This document shows positions 1 to 14,300 of a DNA stretch of 64,000 nt, in pieces. Location: positions 186,001 through 250,000 of the forward strand of contig JAYWIR010000016.1 in the NCBI GenBank assembly GCA_036172245.1, in the 5' to 3' direction. How positions within the stretch are numbered: position 1 is the first letter of the stretch; each line of letters opens with the position of its first letter. The stretch is from Raillietiella orientalis (taxonomy: Eukaryota). The notes below the pieces were generated by a model, which was given only the letters and a program-made list of their open reading frames with translations, did no database searches and was not told the DNA's origin. The position numbers and the translations under genes were made by a program.

Positions 1-1819
1 TAAACAAATACTCCTGCTTTCATCGGCGAGTGAAACTTTCCTTCACGAAATACATGTTAAAAAAGAAAAAGGATTTTCATAAGTACTGTAGTGTTGCCCA
101 CACCTTTTCATACGCCCGAATTTTTTTGTTTTTGTCAGCTGTTTTAGAATATGCTTATTGGGCTTTCAAACTCACACTGAATTGTTGCCAAGTTGTAGAG
201 AGAACATCACTAGAATGGAAATCTAGGAATTGGAACAGAAACTAAAGGTCCCTGAATTTGAGTGCAGCTTTCACACAGAATTACTGAAATTCGAATTACC
301 GGTGGCTGTGTGTACCTTGATGACAGCGAAGAAAGCTGCTGGTGAAAATGGTACGTTTGGTTGCTTCTTCCTCTTTTTTTTTTTTTGTTCCTTCCTTTCT
401 TTCAGATTGCCATTCTGGTTTTTCGTTTTTTCCTCAACTTGTTTACTCAACCTAACGATTTTCTTTGTCCGGAAAGTTACGGGCGTCCTTGAATTTAGCG
501 AATAAGAATTTTAATAATGTGCTCGACTTTACAACGAAAAATAAAGTAAAATGGGGGAAAAAGGTGCATATTCTGTTCCTATGTGCGGCTGTCCACAGCC
601 AAGTCATTCACAATGACGGCAGTTCGCAGAAATGCAAAATGAAGTGCCGATCTTTGGGAAGCTCATTTTCTTTTTTTCTTCTTATTTTTTTTTTCCTTTC
701 CAAATTCCTTCGTTGTTTTCCTGCCGATTTCGTTTGTTTGTTTTCCATTGAAGGCACCAAGTACTACATCATAGTAGTGATCGTCAATTTCTACACATTT
801 CCATGCATTCTATTTGACCTCACCCAGCGTCCCACGGTAATGCCACAGCTTTCGAAATGGCAAATTAAAAACCAATCCTTCGCATGGTTGGGATTGCAGT
901 GCTCCGAACAAAAATGCATGGAATTGCCCTTCCCCAAATGCTCTGATCCTGTTTTTTTATTTATTTATTTATTTTATTTAGCAGCTAATGTAAGTTATGC
1001 TTCCACGAACCACTTCAATTGCTTGTCCTCGTGTGGGTTCGTCGATTTCAGTGCCTCGTTCCAAAGTGGAGCCGTGGACAACATATTCGCTGATGATGGG
1101 TGAGAGAAAAAGAGAAAAAGAAATCTGTGGCACGTGGACGTGGACCGATTCGGTCCTGAGGTTCCATGAGGCTTCCACGCTTTTCGTCCAGGGATCCGGA
1201 GTCCCGGCGGGAGCACTTTCAAGTGGAAGGGCCCAGGGAAGAAAGGAAAACCGTGCCCTTTCTTTGCTTGCACGTGCTTGCCGTTTTTCGGTCCCCGCGC
1301 CGGGGTGGTCGCAGCAGCCCCCCCCCACCCCCCCACCCCACCTGAACGGCAGCACGTGGTCGATCCACGAGCGCGAAGATCGGGCTTGGCGTGTTTTGGG
1401 AGCAGCGTTCAGCAAACACGCACGCAGACACACTCCCACGAGGTTTTCCCGGCTTTCCCTGGGCCCCATCCGCCCCCGAAGTGGGAGCGTCGCGACTCGG
1501 TCAGCTCGCTTGCCGGACGGAAGGGCATCGTTTTCTGCTCGGCCTCTTTGGAGGAAGATGGAGAAGCACGGGGGGAATACCTCCGGGAAAACAATTCCGC
1601 TTTGCGCACCGCTCTCCGCCCCCTCCCCCCGCTCCGGAGGAACACCTCCAGCACGCGTCGCCGTGCACGAGCCGTACAAAGGCGCCAGGCAGCGTGGCAC
1701 GTTTCCCCCCCCGCCCAAGCTGCATCTGTGCACGAGCTGAACACTTCCCGGGAAGCTCGCAGGGAACCTCGGAAGGCCAACCAGTTGACATTTCTAAAAG
1801 GGGGGAGAGAGAGAGGGGG

Positions 1820-1845
1820 AAAAAAAAAAAAAAAAAAAAAAAAAA
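1820..1845. repeat. Poly-A tract after a GA-rich run
   Basis: About 26 consecutive A. Confidence 0.9.
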
Positions 1846-1899
1846 CCCATGAATAATGGAGATGCATGCCGTGCTCCGTTTGTAGAAGGCCGTTATTTC

Positions 1900-2185
1900 T
1901 CGGCTTTCGATTCTGCACGGAAAGTATGCGTCCAGGATGGAAGTTATCTTTGCAGCAGGAATTAGAAAAGATAACGTGAATATACTATGAACACTATTTT
2001 GGTTTCGAATAGTTGTCGGCAGAACTAACGTAGGTCTTCGTTCGATATCTCTGCTCCCGGATCGATTAAACGAATGGTTCGGCAAATTTAAAATATGAAA
2101 CTGCCCACAATTTACTCATAATGTGGAGAGCATCTCGTTTTTTAAAGATACATCTTGAACGTTCTCCTTGGATTGATGAAGCAAG
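1900..2185 (+). promoter_or_regulatory. Putative promoter / non-coding first exon of the ATF7IP-like gene
   Basis: Good donor AAG|GTATGT at 2185/2186, close to where CpG-rich sequence turns CpG-poor; an acceptor (ttatttcag, 5258) lies 87 nt upstream of the ATG and needs an upstream donor. Start coordinate approximate. Confidence 0.35.
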
Positions 2186-5100
2186 GTATGTTCCGATTAT
2201 GCTTTCTCCTGGATGTCTGCTTTCGTAAAAATGTTCCATTTGAGGATGCATTTGTACAATAAAAATTTCGATCAAAAATTACTTGTGTGCACGGGCAGTA
2301 AACGTTCAGTGTTTTTTTTGATTAGTCCCAATAAATTATCTGTGTCTTTTTGAATTAGACAATCATTACAGACAAGTACATCGTTTTTTATCTTCGAAGT
2401 GCATGTGGCGAGTCCAGAACATTATAAAGCATTTTACTAGTATTATTAGGCAGGCATGTTAATTGTACTCCTGATTATTGAAATATTTTGATGGACATTA
2501 CCTTATCACAATCATTGACTTGTATCTTTTGTTCTTGAAATGAGTAAGCAAAGCCTATGTTTTTGTAAAGGATGTGAAATAATGATACAGGTATCCTTTT
2601 CTGGATTTACTTTTTGAGCAGGAAATTGATCTTATGCTTGTAGAATCACAGTTTAATTTCATTATCCAGCGCACATATGTCTGCTTTACATTTTTACATA
2701 AGAGAATTGGGATTACTTAATAGGTAGTTCTGCTTAATTGTAAAAGTAACCTTTGTACAGCATTAACTTAATCTAATTAGATTATGATTTTTATGCATTT
2801 GAAAGAAGTCCAAATTGATCGAATAACTTATTGTATGGTGACGTTCAGATGTACCAGCTTGTAAAAGTCATATCTACAAGGCAAGTACAGTCAGTTCTGC
2901 AGGCAAAAACAGGAGATATAAAGGTAGGCTGCTAAGATATGGTCGAATGCCATTAAAATTTGGCGCAAATTGGCTACCTGTATTCACCTTGCATGGGAAA
3001 AACCTAATAGTAAGTTTAGAAGTTTGTGTAATTTCAAACAGTCTTTGCTCATGATTGTGCTTTTGCCAAGTTCTACAAAAAGTGTAGAATTCCAAATAAA
3101 ACCATACACATTAGAACACATTTTCCCCCCTCTAAAATGATATGAAGATGATGCTTTTTGTGCATTTAGGACTGGAGAATTACTGGCTAGACTAAAAAGT
3201 AATCATCATCTGTGGCTGTTCTTAATCAACTAGATGATTTCCTTAGTTATTTTTCTTTACTTTGTTGATTTTTAGATAGTAACATGTAGAAGAAGAATAT
3301 TTGAAGAACCAGTGTCGTAATTCTTGATTGAATATGAAAGAAAAAATACTGTAAAGAAATTGTCACGAATTCTTAATGATACTCCTGTGTTTTTCCTTTC
3401 AAACTCGGACATAGGGACTTCAGATCTGAAGAAAGAATGCCATATTTATAGCAGAAATGTGCAATATCTATTACTGGAATAACTCCATTTTTAGAATTTA
3501 GCATAATGTTGTCATCACATTTGCAAATATTTCAGTTCAGCTATCCTTATTGTTATTAGGTTCAAATATTTGCCCAGATCTTCTATTCATGTTTTGGGCA
3601 AAACCATGAATAATGATTGTATCTTGAGAGTTGAGAACAGTTCTGCATGGCAAATGAAAGTGTAAGGAACAACATCTTCCTTACTGGAGTAATGTGCAAA
3701 AACTAATTGGAAGTTATTCTTTCTGTTCATGATAATCATGCAATGTCTGGAAAGGGAACCATGGGTGATTGTTACATGTTTGCTTCAGCTTAAAACTGCA
3801 AAACTTCAAATTCACAGTTTTGGAATATGTAAGATATAGAACATCTTGTTTCATGTAAATATTCTCCAGAGTCATTTACTTAGCTTTTGAGCATGATAGG
3901 AACATGAGGTTATGTCATAATTTGTATGAGGATGATGATTATTTAATAGTTACAGATGCTTAGTGGAATTGCAAATTAAACTAAAACGTGTGTATTAGTT
4001 TCAAATAATTTACGAAGGATAGGTTAAAGAAATTGTTATCACTAGATAAATACTTGCCTTTAAAGCTGATGAAGATCACTGGAATAGTGGTCTTTCTGCA
4101 CATATTGCTTTTTAGCTTTTTACTCATGTGATACTCTTCACTTTTGGAGATTAAATACGATAAGTTGAAGCATATTTTTGGAGTAATGAAGGAACCAAAT
4201 AGCATGTAATGCTAAGACTGTTTTCTATTTTGTGGTGCACACTCATGTACTCATAAATTCATATGAATTATCCACCCATCTCCCTAGGTTGAAAGGATGT
4301 TGAGTAAGAATGAACAGAATTATCAATTCTGCACTAATTAAATCTTGTTTCTGTGTTGCATTTGTATTCAACATAATCATTTTCTGTATTTTATGCAGCA
4401 GACAATTGTTTGAGAAGAAATCCTTCATTTTATGTCATCAATCAGGCATATAATTCTACATTCTGTCTCAAAACTTGTGATGTCAGAAGCGACTCCTGTT
4501 ATAAATTCTCATTGCAAGCACATCTTGCACTATGTTTTGTTTTGAATGCTCATTGTTTTTAAAAGAATTTCTTGTTTTCTGTAGTTGGGTACTTGTTTCC
4601 TCATTAGTAATGTTTGGTGCATTGCTTCTTGCTTTGTCTATAAGTTATTTGTTTTGTGCTTTCTTGGCATTAACAAATGAAGCTACGGATAGCAGTTCAA
4701 AGTAGCTTGGGGAAATTTCTTTCTTGTGGTGCTTGTTCCGTGTTTACATTTGGATGCTCTGTTTTATAAGAAATCTAATAAAATTGCAACCAGTTTCTAT
4801 TGAGTTTCTGTTTAATTTGAGAAACATCCACATCTCATTCAGAATAATAATTTCCTACAATTTCAATGTGAAATTATTTGTTTGTTATTTAGTCAGTGGT
4901 CATAAGTTAATACCTAAATGACAAAATCCAGAAATTTATTTGGAATTCAAATGATTCATCTTAGTGCTTGGATATGTTTTCTTTAGTTTAGTTTAGTTTA
5001 GTTTATTTCATATGGTTATTCAGTATTTATCAATGAATTCATTATACTGAATATCAAGTGCAAGATGCACTTTATTATATGTTGATTTTGTGTTTAAATT

Positions 5101-5344
5101 TCAATATTTATTTATTTACATTAGCCTTCATTCATCAATGAAAGTCATACTGTTGCATAAGTATGTAAGAGTGCATGTTGCATGTAAAAGAGTAACTGAG
5201 GTTTTAAAAATTATGCATGCAGGCAGTCTTTTGATTGTAATTTAAAAAATTATTTCAGATCTTCGTAGTGATACTGAATCAAATATGTGACATTAAAAGC
5301 TTTTATCATACTGAACTTTTCAAAACATTTTGAATTTATTAAAA

Positions 5345-8300
5345 ATGTCCGTTTTATCTTGTGATAAGCGAAAAATTTTAAATGCCAAAGGAGCTGATAA
5401 AGCTAGTGAAATTTATTCCAAAATATCAGAATCTTTGAACTCTTACAATAAAAATGCATCAATAAATTATCCCACAGACTATAAAATTCAAGATGATATA
5501 TCATTGACTGGTTTGCAAAATTTCCAAGATGCCGCACAGATGAAAGCATGTGGGACTACATACAAAAAAAGTCTAGATGACACAGTTAATGATCAGAGAA
5601 GTGTAACTAGTGAAAAAAGTGATGAATCAGAAAAAATGAAACTTCATTTTTCCGAGGATGAATGTGATAAGAGTGATTCAGATTTATCATCTGAAAATTT
5701 TCCCAGTAATGAAACTAATTTAGTAGAACAGTTAGTCCTTTCCAAGAAAAATGTGCAAAACTGGACTAATAGTTCTAGTGAAATTAAGAATGGGTCTTTG
5801 TATCCAAATATTACTAATCATGAAAATGATAAGCCTCATTGGCAGAGTAAACATTCATTGAAAAAAGCAGGTGATTTAAAATGGAGTTCAGGTAAGATTT
5901 TAATTCAATTAGCTTCTTTATCAAATATCTTTACCCGAATAGATTTTGATAACTGTATTCTCATTTTTCAATTATCTTTGACAAATTGATTTGTGTGTGA
6001 TTCAATGTAGTTGCTAGAGCTCTCATTTGAGAATATGAATAAAATCATTCAACTGTATTATTTTAAGTTTTCAATTTCTTATGAAATATTCTCCAACTTT
6101 GATTTTTCAATTTGTCCAAGTATTCAAGAATTTTTACATTCACAAATACATGTAAATTTGGAAACCCATTTGCCAAACCCAGTTTGGTGTTCGAGCCTGT
6201 TTGTATGGGTGTTACGAATATTATTTTGAATCATATGATCTTATTAAAATGAACTTGTGTGAACCTCTTAGTGATGTCTTTGGTATGGACAAAATATGAA
6301 ATAGGAAAACATTAAAACGAAATTCACCTTTTTGGATTCCTTTTATGTTTGTACTATTTTTCAAAATCTTTAGACAACTTCTAATATTCTTAAAGTTCAT
6401 CTGATGATTTTGTATGGTAATTCAAACTGAAAACATTGCAAGTGAAGATTTTTGCCTACATGTTTACATACTGTAATCAAGCATCAGACTAATACATCTT
6501 ACAAAACTTTCAAAAATCCTGGTCTATATCTTGTCTTTCATTCTTTCAGCCTGTTTACAATGGAGGTGTGGCAGTCTGTATTTTCCCTTTAAGAAAAATA
6601 CAGGCTGCACAGGATTTTTCTTTTGATTTCAGAGTTTTCCGATTTTGGTTTTGGGACTCATTAAGGAAATTATTGCTAATGCTAGTATACAAAATATACA
6701 GACAGGCATTTTTTCAAGTATGCTTTCACACATAGATTCAAGCAGATAACATTACAAATAATAGGAAGCAGCACTGTATCAATTTTTATGCATTTGGCAT
6801 TTTAATTGGATTGTTATTCTTTGATCCATAATGACTGATGCATATCAGAAAATTGTTACTGAGAAACCTCTCTCGAAAGTTTCCTTACATGCAAATGTTT
6901 CTGTGTAACAGATATTAAACTAGCTTGTGAGATTTGTACATTTTTGGTGGAAATACACAAATTGTGTGAAAAAAAGAAAAGTAACAGCATATCCTTGTAT
7001 TTCATTAAAAGAATTGATCCTTGCAGCACAAAAAAAAAGTTCATGTGCTCTTTTCAATTTTGGATTATTATACTGCCTCATTTAATTAACACTACGGAAG
7101 TTCAATACCATTGAAAATAAATTGAATAAATTCCTATTCCTTGGTTTTTATTAAGAGGACCAAACAATTACTTTTGTATTCTAAGTGTTTTTTTTTTTAA
7201 TATAATTTGTTTTAATAATGGTGCATCATTTTGTCCCTATGCAGTGAAGCATAAGTCATATTAAAATAATGGTTTAGTAATGATGATTTTATTTATGATT
7301 ATTTCTGAGTTCAAAACTTTGCATTAGAACAAGGAATGTATTTGATATCCAATTTTTCAGGAAAAAGCATTAAAATAACAAATCATATAGAAAATAAAGG
7401 TCTCAAATTGAATTCCAAAAAGAAATCAGTTGAAAAAGATGAAAAGGTATGATGATTGTTATTTCAAAGTACTTACTTTTCTTGTGTTCTTGGACCTTGA
7501 ATGCTATTCAAATGTTTGACTTTTTCTTCTTTGAGTTCCTAGTTAATAAAATTTCAGCATGACTCCTGGAGCTCAATGGATACTAAAAATTCAAATTTTC
7601 TTTCACACACCAGGGAGCACAAAAAAGAATCAAGTGTGCAGGACGGTAAGCTAAGCTATTTTGCATCAATTATTGATCAAGTAGTTGGAAAGTGTTTTAT
7701 TCTGGATTGCTTCTAAAAAAACAGAAAGCAACCCTAGGCAAATAACTACTAAATGTACTCTTGTGCTATTGCGTGCCCTATTCAGTTCATTTTCATAATA
7801 CATGTTTTAATTTGAATTCTGTGAAATAAGAAAAGCAGCTAAGAATGCAATTGGGATTCATTTTTTAATGAGATTTGAAAATTTAGCCATTTTATTCATT
7901 GGTTAGGATTGGAATTATGTTAGAGTGTATATTAAGATAGTGATTTGCATTCATTTGAGATTTGCATCAGAAAATGTATTTGAAAGTTTTGTTTGACTGG
8001 AAATAGTAACTTTGAACTTTGGAATGTGTGAGTAAAATAAACAAGGAAACAGATAGCTAGTGCATCAGTTTGGTTCTGAGTAATTTATTGAGTGCTTATA
8101 ATTATCTGTTGAAAATTTAAATAAATTCATAGGATTTATTTATGAAACTTGGTTCCCTGAGTTTTTGGGGTTTCAAACATTAACTTCATGCACAGATATC
8201 GTTTTCAATCATTTCCTAGATGGTATTCTTGTATTGAGCACATATTCCAAATCTTATAAATGACCTTTCATAAAAATTTGAACCTTGTTGTTGGTGTGGT

Positions 8301-11300
8301 GTCCAAATATCATTTGCAGTGCTTTTGGCATTTTTTACATCTAGGTGAATTCATGTTTCAAAGTAAAGGAATCTTTGTATTCTTCATAGAATGTTGGATT
8401 ATTTTTGATCAGTCAGGTTTTTTTCCCAGTACAATGCTTTTCATCACAAAAGTTCAATGTTTAAAACAAATCCATGGCTGTAACATTTCAGTATGGGCAA
8501 TTTTGTAATTAAATTTTACTCACGGACATATGTTTATTTTCATAAATATTTCCTTGTTTCTTATGGAAATATTTGGGAATGTAGTTGCAAAGTTTTCTTT
8601 TATGACTTCATTACAAGAATTGAATTTCATGTAATGAATTCATTTGCTGCACATTAATTCAAAATGGATTGGTGTGTACACTGCCAGTAACTTGCAGCAT
8701 ATCAGTTTAAAATTTGATAGCCTACACTTATTTATTCTTGCAGTGGCATGTGTTTCATTTATATTCACTGTTAAATGCAGTTAGTTTACTGTCTTGTAAA
8801 TGATCATCCTTGAAACCTCAGAACATTCAGCTGAAATTGCATGACATAAAATAAAATCCCACATGGATTAGTTGATTCGTGATTTGTAATATGTACATCT
8901 GTGGTGTGTCAAAACTACTTTTATTGGAAAGCATATAAGCTTTAACTAAAGCAGTCCATGTATCATTACATAAGTTCGGAGATGTATTTACTTTTTTTTT
9001 CAAAGGAAACAGGCTGCAACTTGAGTACTAACTCGATAAGTGTTTGAAGTGGTGCACAGTTAGCTTACAAGATAAGGTTTTGCTTCACCTGAAGAAAAGA
9101 GAAAGCAGTTCCCTTGATTTTTTTTATTGTAACTGAAGTTTAGTTATGAAAGCTTTATTATTTTGCATCAATTGACAGTATTTTATTTTATCATGTAAAA
9201 TAAACTAATTTATTTTGCTTTCCTTTTGATCTAAGAAAATAATGGATCTATTTAGCTTATGGTGATTGTGTTGATTTTTTGCAATTAACAAATGCAGTAG
9301 TAATGGTGTATTCCAGATGGAAACTATCCTTTCTGAATTAGTTTTTTGCATAGATTTGAAATATTATGGATTTTACATCTGTTTGGAAGCACTTCAGATT
9401 GCAATAACACTGAATAAAACTGAGTTGCCACACAGTTGTGCAGGAATTCAGTGTTATTTTGTATTCTTAATAGAATGTTGTGAGTAGAGTTGCACAAGAG
9501 TAGTGTTTTATTTCTGCATTGACATCAAGCTTTATACGCCATTCAGTTTTGGTGGAATTTCACTGTGTTCATCATTTAATAGTTTAGAGCAGCAAGAATG
9601 TATGAAATAACCTAACTGATTTATTGTTGAACTTAGTTCTTTCATAGTAAGCGTATGATATTCATATTTTATTGATTACAGTGTTTGTCATAGTTCATTG
9701 ACATTGTGTAATTGAAATGCTGTCTTCAGAAAAGCAGCTATTTTAAGAAATAAGTTGGCAGCTTTTTGAATAGTATTTTATTTGGAATTTATTTTGCAAT
9801 TATACAGTGTACATTTGAATGCTGAACTTCATGAAAGTATAATCTTTACATTGAATGGGAATCCGATTTTTATCTCCTCATTTGAATCTAAAATACCTTC
9901 ATTTTGTTGTAGTTTGCTCTTTAATGATTTGAACGGAAAACTTATGGGGAAAATCTGAAGATCTAGATGATATTCAAATTACGAACATTGACATTTCTTT
10001 AAGAAAATGTTCAAGTTGGAAGCATTTGAGTGTTAATTAAATATTGAGAAAAATACCATTAAGCATAATGTGTCCAAACTGGAAGAAATTTGTTAGAAGC
10101 AACAACTTCCATATTTCACAAATTACTTTTTATAGTTTCGTATGCATCATGTTCTTATGCAGCTTCTGTGAGCAAACAGATAATTGCTATGGTTTCAAAT
10201 TTTGTAAATGAACAGAACAGTAAGAGATGAGAATTCCGGACATTAGGGATGAAATGATTGCTTATACAGTGGTTTTTAGTTCTTGTTTTCTTTTAAAAAA
10301 AAAAATGTTTTCACAAAGGATACTAGTAGAATTGTAAACAAAAATATGAGTGCTAATGAAACTCTTGATACAGAAATCTAACCAGGGTAAGAAAGAGTAA
10401 ATTAAAATCATGCTACTCGAACTCATTTAGCCACTAGGGTGCTAGTATAATGCTTGGTATTTTTGGGTTCATTACCCATTGGTTGTGCTGTGTGTGACAA
10501 TTGGAAAAAAGAAAAAAAAGAGATTTATGTGGCAACACATCAAATGAAAAGTCATCAGGACTTTCAGTGTGTATTCAAGAAAGTGAACACAAGAGTACTT
10601 GATAAGGAACTTGGTTTGGGGATATGTTGGAAAGAAAGTAGAGTCTATGTGTTTCATATAGAAAATTGGAATCATTTTTGGATGAAGGGGTGAAATTGGA
10701 AGGAAAACACAGTGACTACAAGCTAACAATTTCCTGAAAAGCCATTCATAGATGTAAATGCGTTCAAAATGTGAACTAATTGTTAAAAAATTATTTACAT
10801 AATTGAAACAGGAAAACGTTTGTGCCATTCTTATTGTGTATGTGAATTAAAAAAGATTTTCAATATTTTATCATTGTATTCGATAATATTCGTTATGTTG
10901 TATAAGAACAAATGCTCAAGTAATTTTGAAAACATCCAGTCATGAAATCGTGAATCAAGCATTTTTCCTTGAAAACATCATCCATCAAGGTTCAGAATCT
11001 GTATTTATTGAAATCTTATTGTATTTACATTCTGCATAATATCATTTTAAATACTAAAGTCAGTTCGAGGAATAATTGTGTAAGAATGAATCCCCCCCAA
11101 ATTAACTTCTGATTTCATCCCTCAGTGGTCGTTTATTGTGCTATTATTGATTGTACTTGTTTTTTGCATTGTGTGTTCCATTTCTTGGCAACATATTTTA
11201 AATGCAGTTAGGCAAAGTACTTTTATAGCACTGTTGAGTTTTTTCAAAGAATCTTATATGTACATTGTCTTTTTGTCAGAACGAAACAATAAAAATGCAG

Positions 11301-14300
11301 TATCGAACCTAGATAACCTTAAACACCATATTCAAAAGCTTACGAGAAAACAGCTTGAAGCACTTATAGTGGAAAAAATTTGTGAAATTCTCATATCTAA
11401 AGAAGAATTTGGAAAAATGTGTTTAAAAATGAAAGTGCTGGAAACGCAATTCGAGAAAAGTAAGACAAAAGTGATGCAACTGCAAAAACAAGTAAAGAAT
11501 AATAAATTTTTCTTATTTAATATTTTGACCTTCCTTCAAATTTAGTGCAGTGATTTAGATGCTATTTTGAGAAAGTATACAGAAGATATAAAGATGAAGA
11601 AATTTCAACGTGCTAATGTAATCAAAATCCATCGTTCTGTTGGGTTGCAAGTGCAAATGGGATCAGCTCCTATCGCAATAAATAAGGTAATCAGTTTTAA
11701 GAATTAATGAGGTCTCGATAGCTTTGTTTGTTAACTCTCCATAAAAATGAAATTGAAGTTCTTTTGGTTTATCGAATTTTGTTTTTTTTTAAACGAAATT
11801 TTGAAATTTGGTCATTGGGACTTGTAAATACTCTGATTATATCTTATGCTTCTTTATTGTATTTTACAATTCAACTTCAGTTGGGACTTTCATGGTATTT
11901 TTATCATGGGGTTGGTATTTTTATCAAATGATTTTGCTGAGCTTGAAGTATTGTCTTTACTTAGGAAAGGAATGTTAAAAATTTGCTTCAGATTGTACCT
12001 GAAAATAAACCAAAAGCATTACATGGAAAAAAGAATTTGGTGACAGGCAAAAATGGGGTTCAGAACTTATCACCAACATATGCACTTTCACCAGTTTCTA
12101 ATGCATCAGTATCTCCACAAATGAATGTAAGTTAGTGTGTAAATAATAGTTACTTGGATTGCAAAAAAACGAAAATAATGATCCCTGTATGACTGAATGA
12201 CTTATGTAATATCTACAGCTGTAGGTCTGGATCTTTGATGTTTTTTTCTATGTATTAATAATTTACTTTGCTGAGTTGCATATTGACTGTATATCATGAA
12301 TGGTTTTACCTAGATTATATCACTGTTATGTGATTTGTTGTTACTCAACCTATATATTGGCATATGTACTTTGATAGTACCATCGGAGTTAAGATATTGT
12401 AGTTCTGATTTCTGTTCTGTCCACTTAATTGTTATTCTTTGGAAGGGATTAAAACTTCTGAACTTGTAATGCTTGTTTTGTGCAGATTCAGAATAAAATG
12501 TGGAAAAATTTCTAGAAATCTAAATGTACTATCCCGAAAAAGATTGCATAAATTGAAATCATAAACACTAGAGACATGCATTTTACAAATATATGTAAGT
12601 GTGAAAGTTATCCGATAATTTAAATTGAATACAGATTCTATATTTTTCCAATTTTCTGGGCCAATGAAATGATAGTTTTATGGTATTATAGATTACTTTA
12701 TGGCACCTCTAATTAGTTCAAGTATTTGAGAGGTTGTTCATGATTAATGTATTCCACATGCTGTAACTGTTTGTTGATTTTGTGAGATATTGCTTCTAAT
12801 GTGTAAGTCAAATTTTGGGAACAGAATTACAATGTAGGAAATACCTCAATGTTGCAATTTTTTTTATTAATCCTCTGCAAAACATCCAAGCCAATCATTT
12901 TGCAGAAAATCGTAGTAGTCTCTGAATCTTCCTTGTTCTTTGAAAGTACCAGATACAATTGTGAACGCTATGTAAATCCACAAAAGGATGTGAAAACAAA
13001 AGGATTGATTACCAGCAAATAATAACAAAAAACCTTTTTGGAAAATAAGTATGTAGGAGAAAAAAATAAAGCCTAATGTGATTATTTTCTAATACCAACA
13101 TCATTCGATTCCATTCATGCAACTGAGCTTTTGTTGCATATACATTTTTCTCTCGAAAAAAATGTTTTCCTCTTTTGCTGATTAGCTGATCTTGAAAAGA
13201 ATACCAAAACAGGATATTGAAATCTAGATAAAGAAAATGAGTTTCCATTGCAATCATAAATAATGGAGCATGTGTTGGCTCAGTGTCATTTCCAGTTGTG
13301 GAGGCACAATTTCATACTGTGGGTAATTGGAAGATTGCATTCTGTTTGATTAGTTACATGCGAATTAAAGTTCTGTATTTGTCATAAGTTGATAGAATTC
13401 TCAGAAAGGTTTGTTTGGCGCAATAGAGGGTGACTGCTGTGAATTTATCCAGCTTTCCCTGGATACCCGGAACTTTGATGCTGACAGTCACCATATTTAG
13501 TGGTATTTATAGCACAATTAAATAAATTATAAATAAATATAAAGTCAGCGTAAGGATGTGAAAATTAAACATGTTCAATAAGTAGCAAATCACATGGATT
13601 AATGAATAGAAGCCTCACTAGATCGTTAGATATAATCCAGTAACCAATCCATTCATTAAAAGATTCATAAATCCATAATTGCTGAGCCATCAAGAATGAT
13701 CTATAGTGCAATGCATATAAAATCTTGCTTAATTCGCATGTGTATGGATTTAGAACCATTGTTAAGATGTGCTTACCCAATTCTTTATGGATGAATCAGC
13801 CTATCAATGTTAGTTGGGCAAAGCAAAAGGAAAGCAGTGCAGAAATTTGCTTAATTCTGTAATTCATTTGTGTGCTGGCGAATGAAGAATTCGATTTGAG
13901 CAATTTTTGGTTAATGAAAGTTATTTGAATATCATTTTATTTTCTTAAAATCCTTAATAGATTATGTGAATATTGTAGATTGTTTTATTTATATTTATGA
14001 ACGTAAATTCAAAAAGTTTTTTTTTGTCTTGAGTTGCTGCCTTTTTGTTTGTGTTGTTACGCAATTTTTCTCTACAGCGTATTGCCAAGGAGGATAGGCA
14101 TTCAGTTCCTGCTTTATCCAGACTTTCTTTTGGTTTTTCATCCCAGAAAGTAAGCTCTATGTATTCATATACTGTATTCATATATTATTTATATTATGTA
14201 TTTATTTATCTGTATTGCCTAGTAAGTTGTTCCAAATAATGGGGATCTGTAACAATCTTTCAAGAGAAACCCCTATTTTTGGAGAAATTTAAAAATGAAC

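Noticed and set aside
1..1800. ORFs and splice-like sites at the left edge (e.g. 465-1103 +, 978-1733 -, intron-like 351-405)
   Set aside because: No recognisable domain and no consistent exon chain on either strand; could be part of a gene extending outside the window.
7278..7308. C/D-box-like ATGATGA…CTGA in an ATF7IP intron
   Set aside because: Boxes only about 30 nt apart with no terminal stem; too short for a snoRNA.
10318..10387. Exon-like segment with a strong donor (ccagg|gtaaga) in an ATF7IP intron
   Set aside because: Stops in all frames from the obvious acceptor, and it is not needed for the reading frame.
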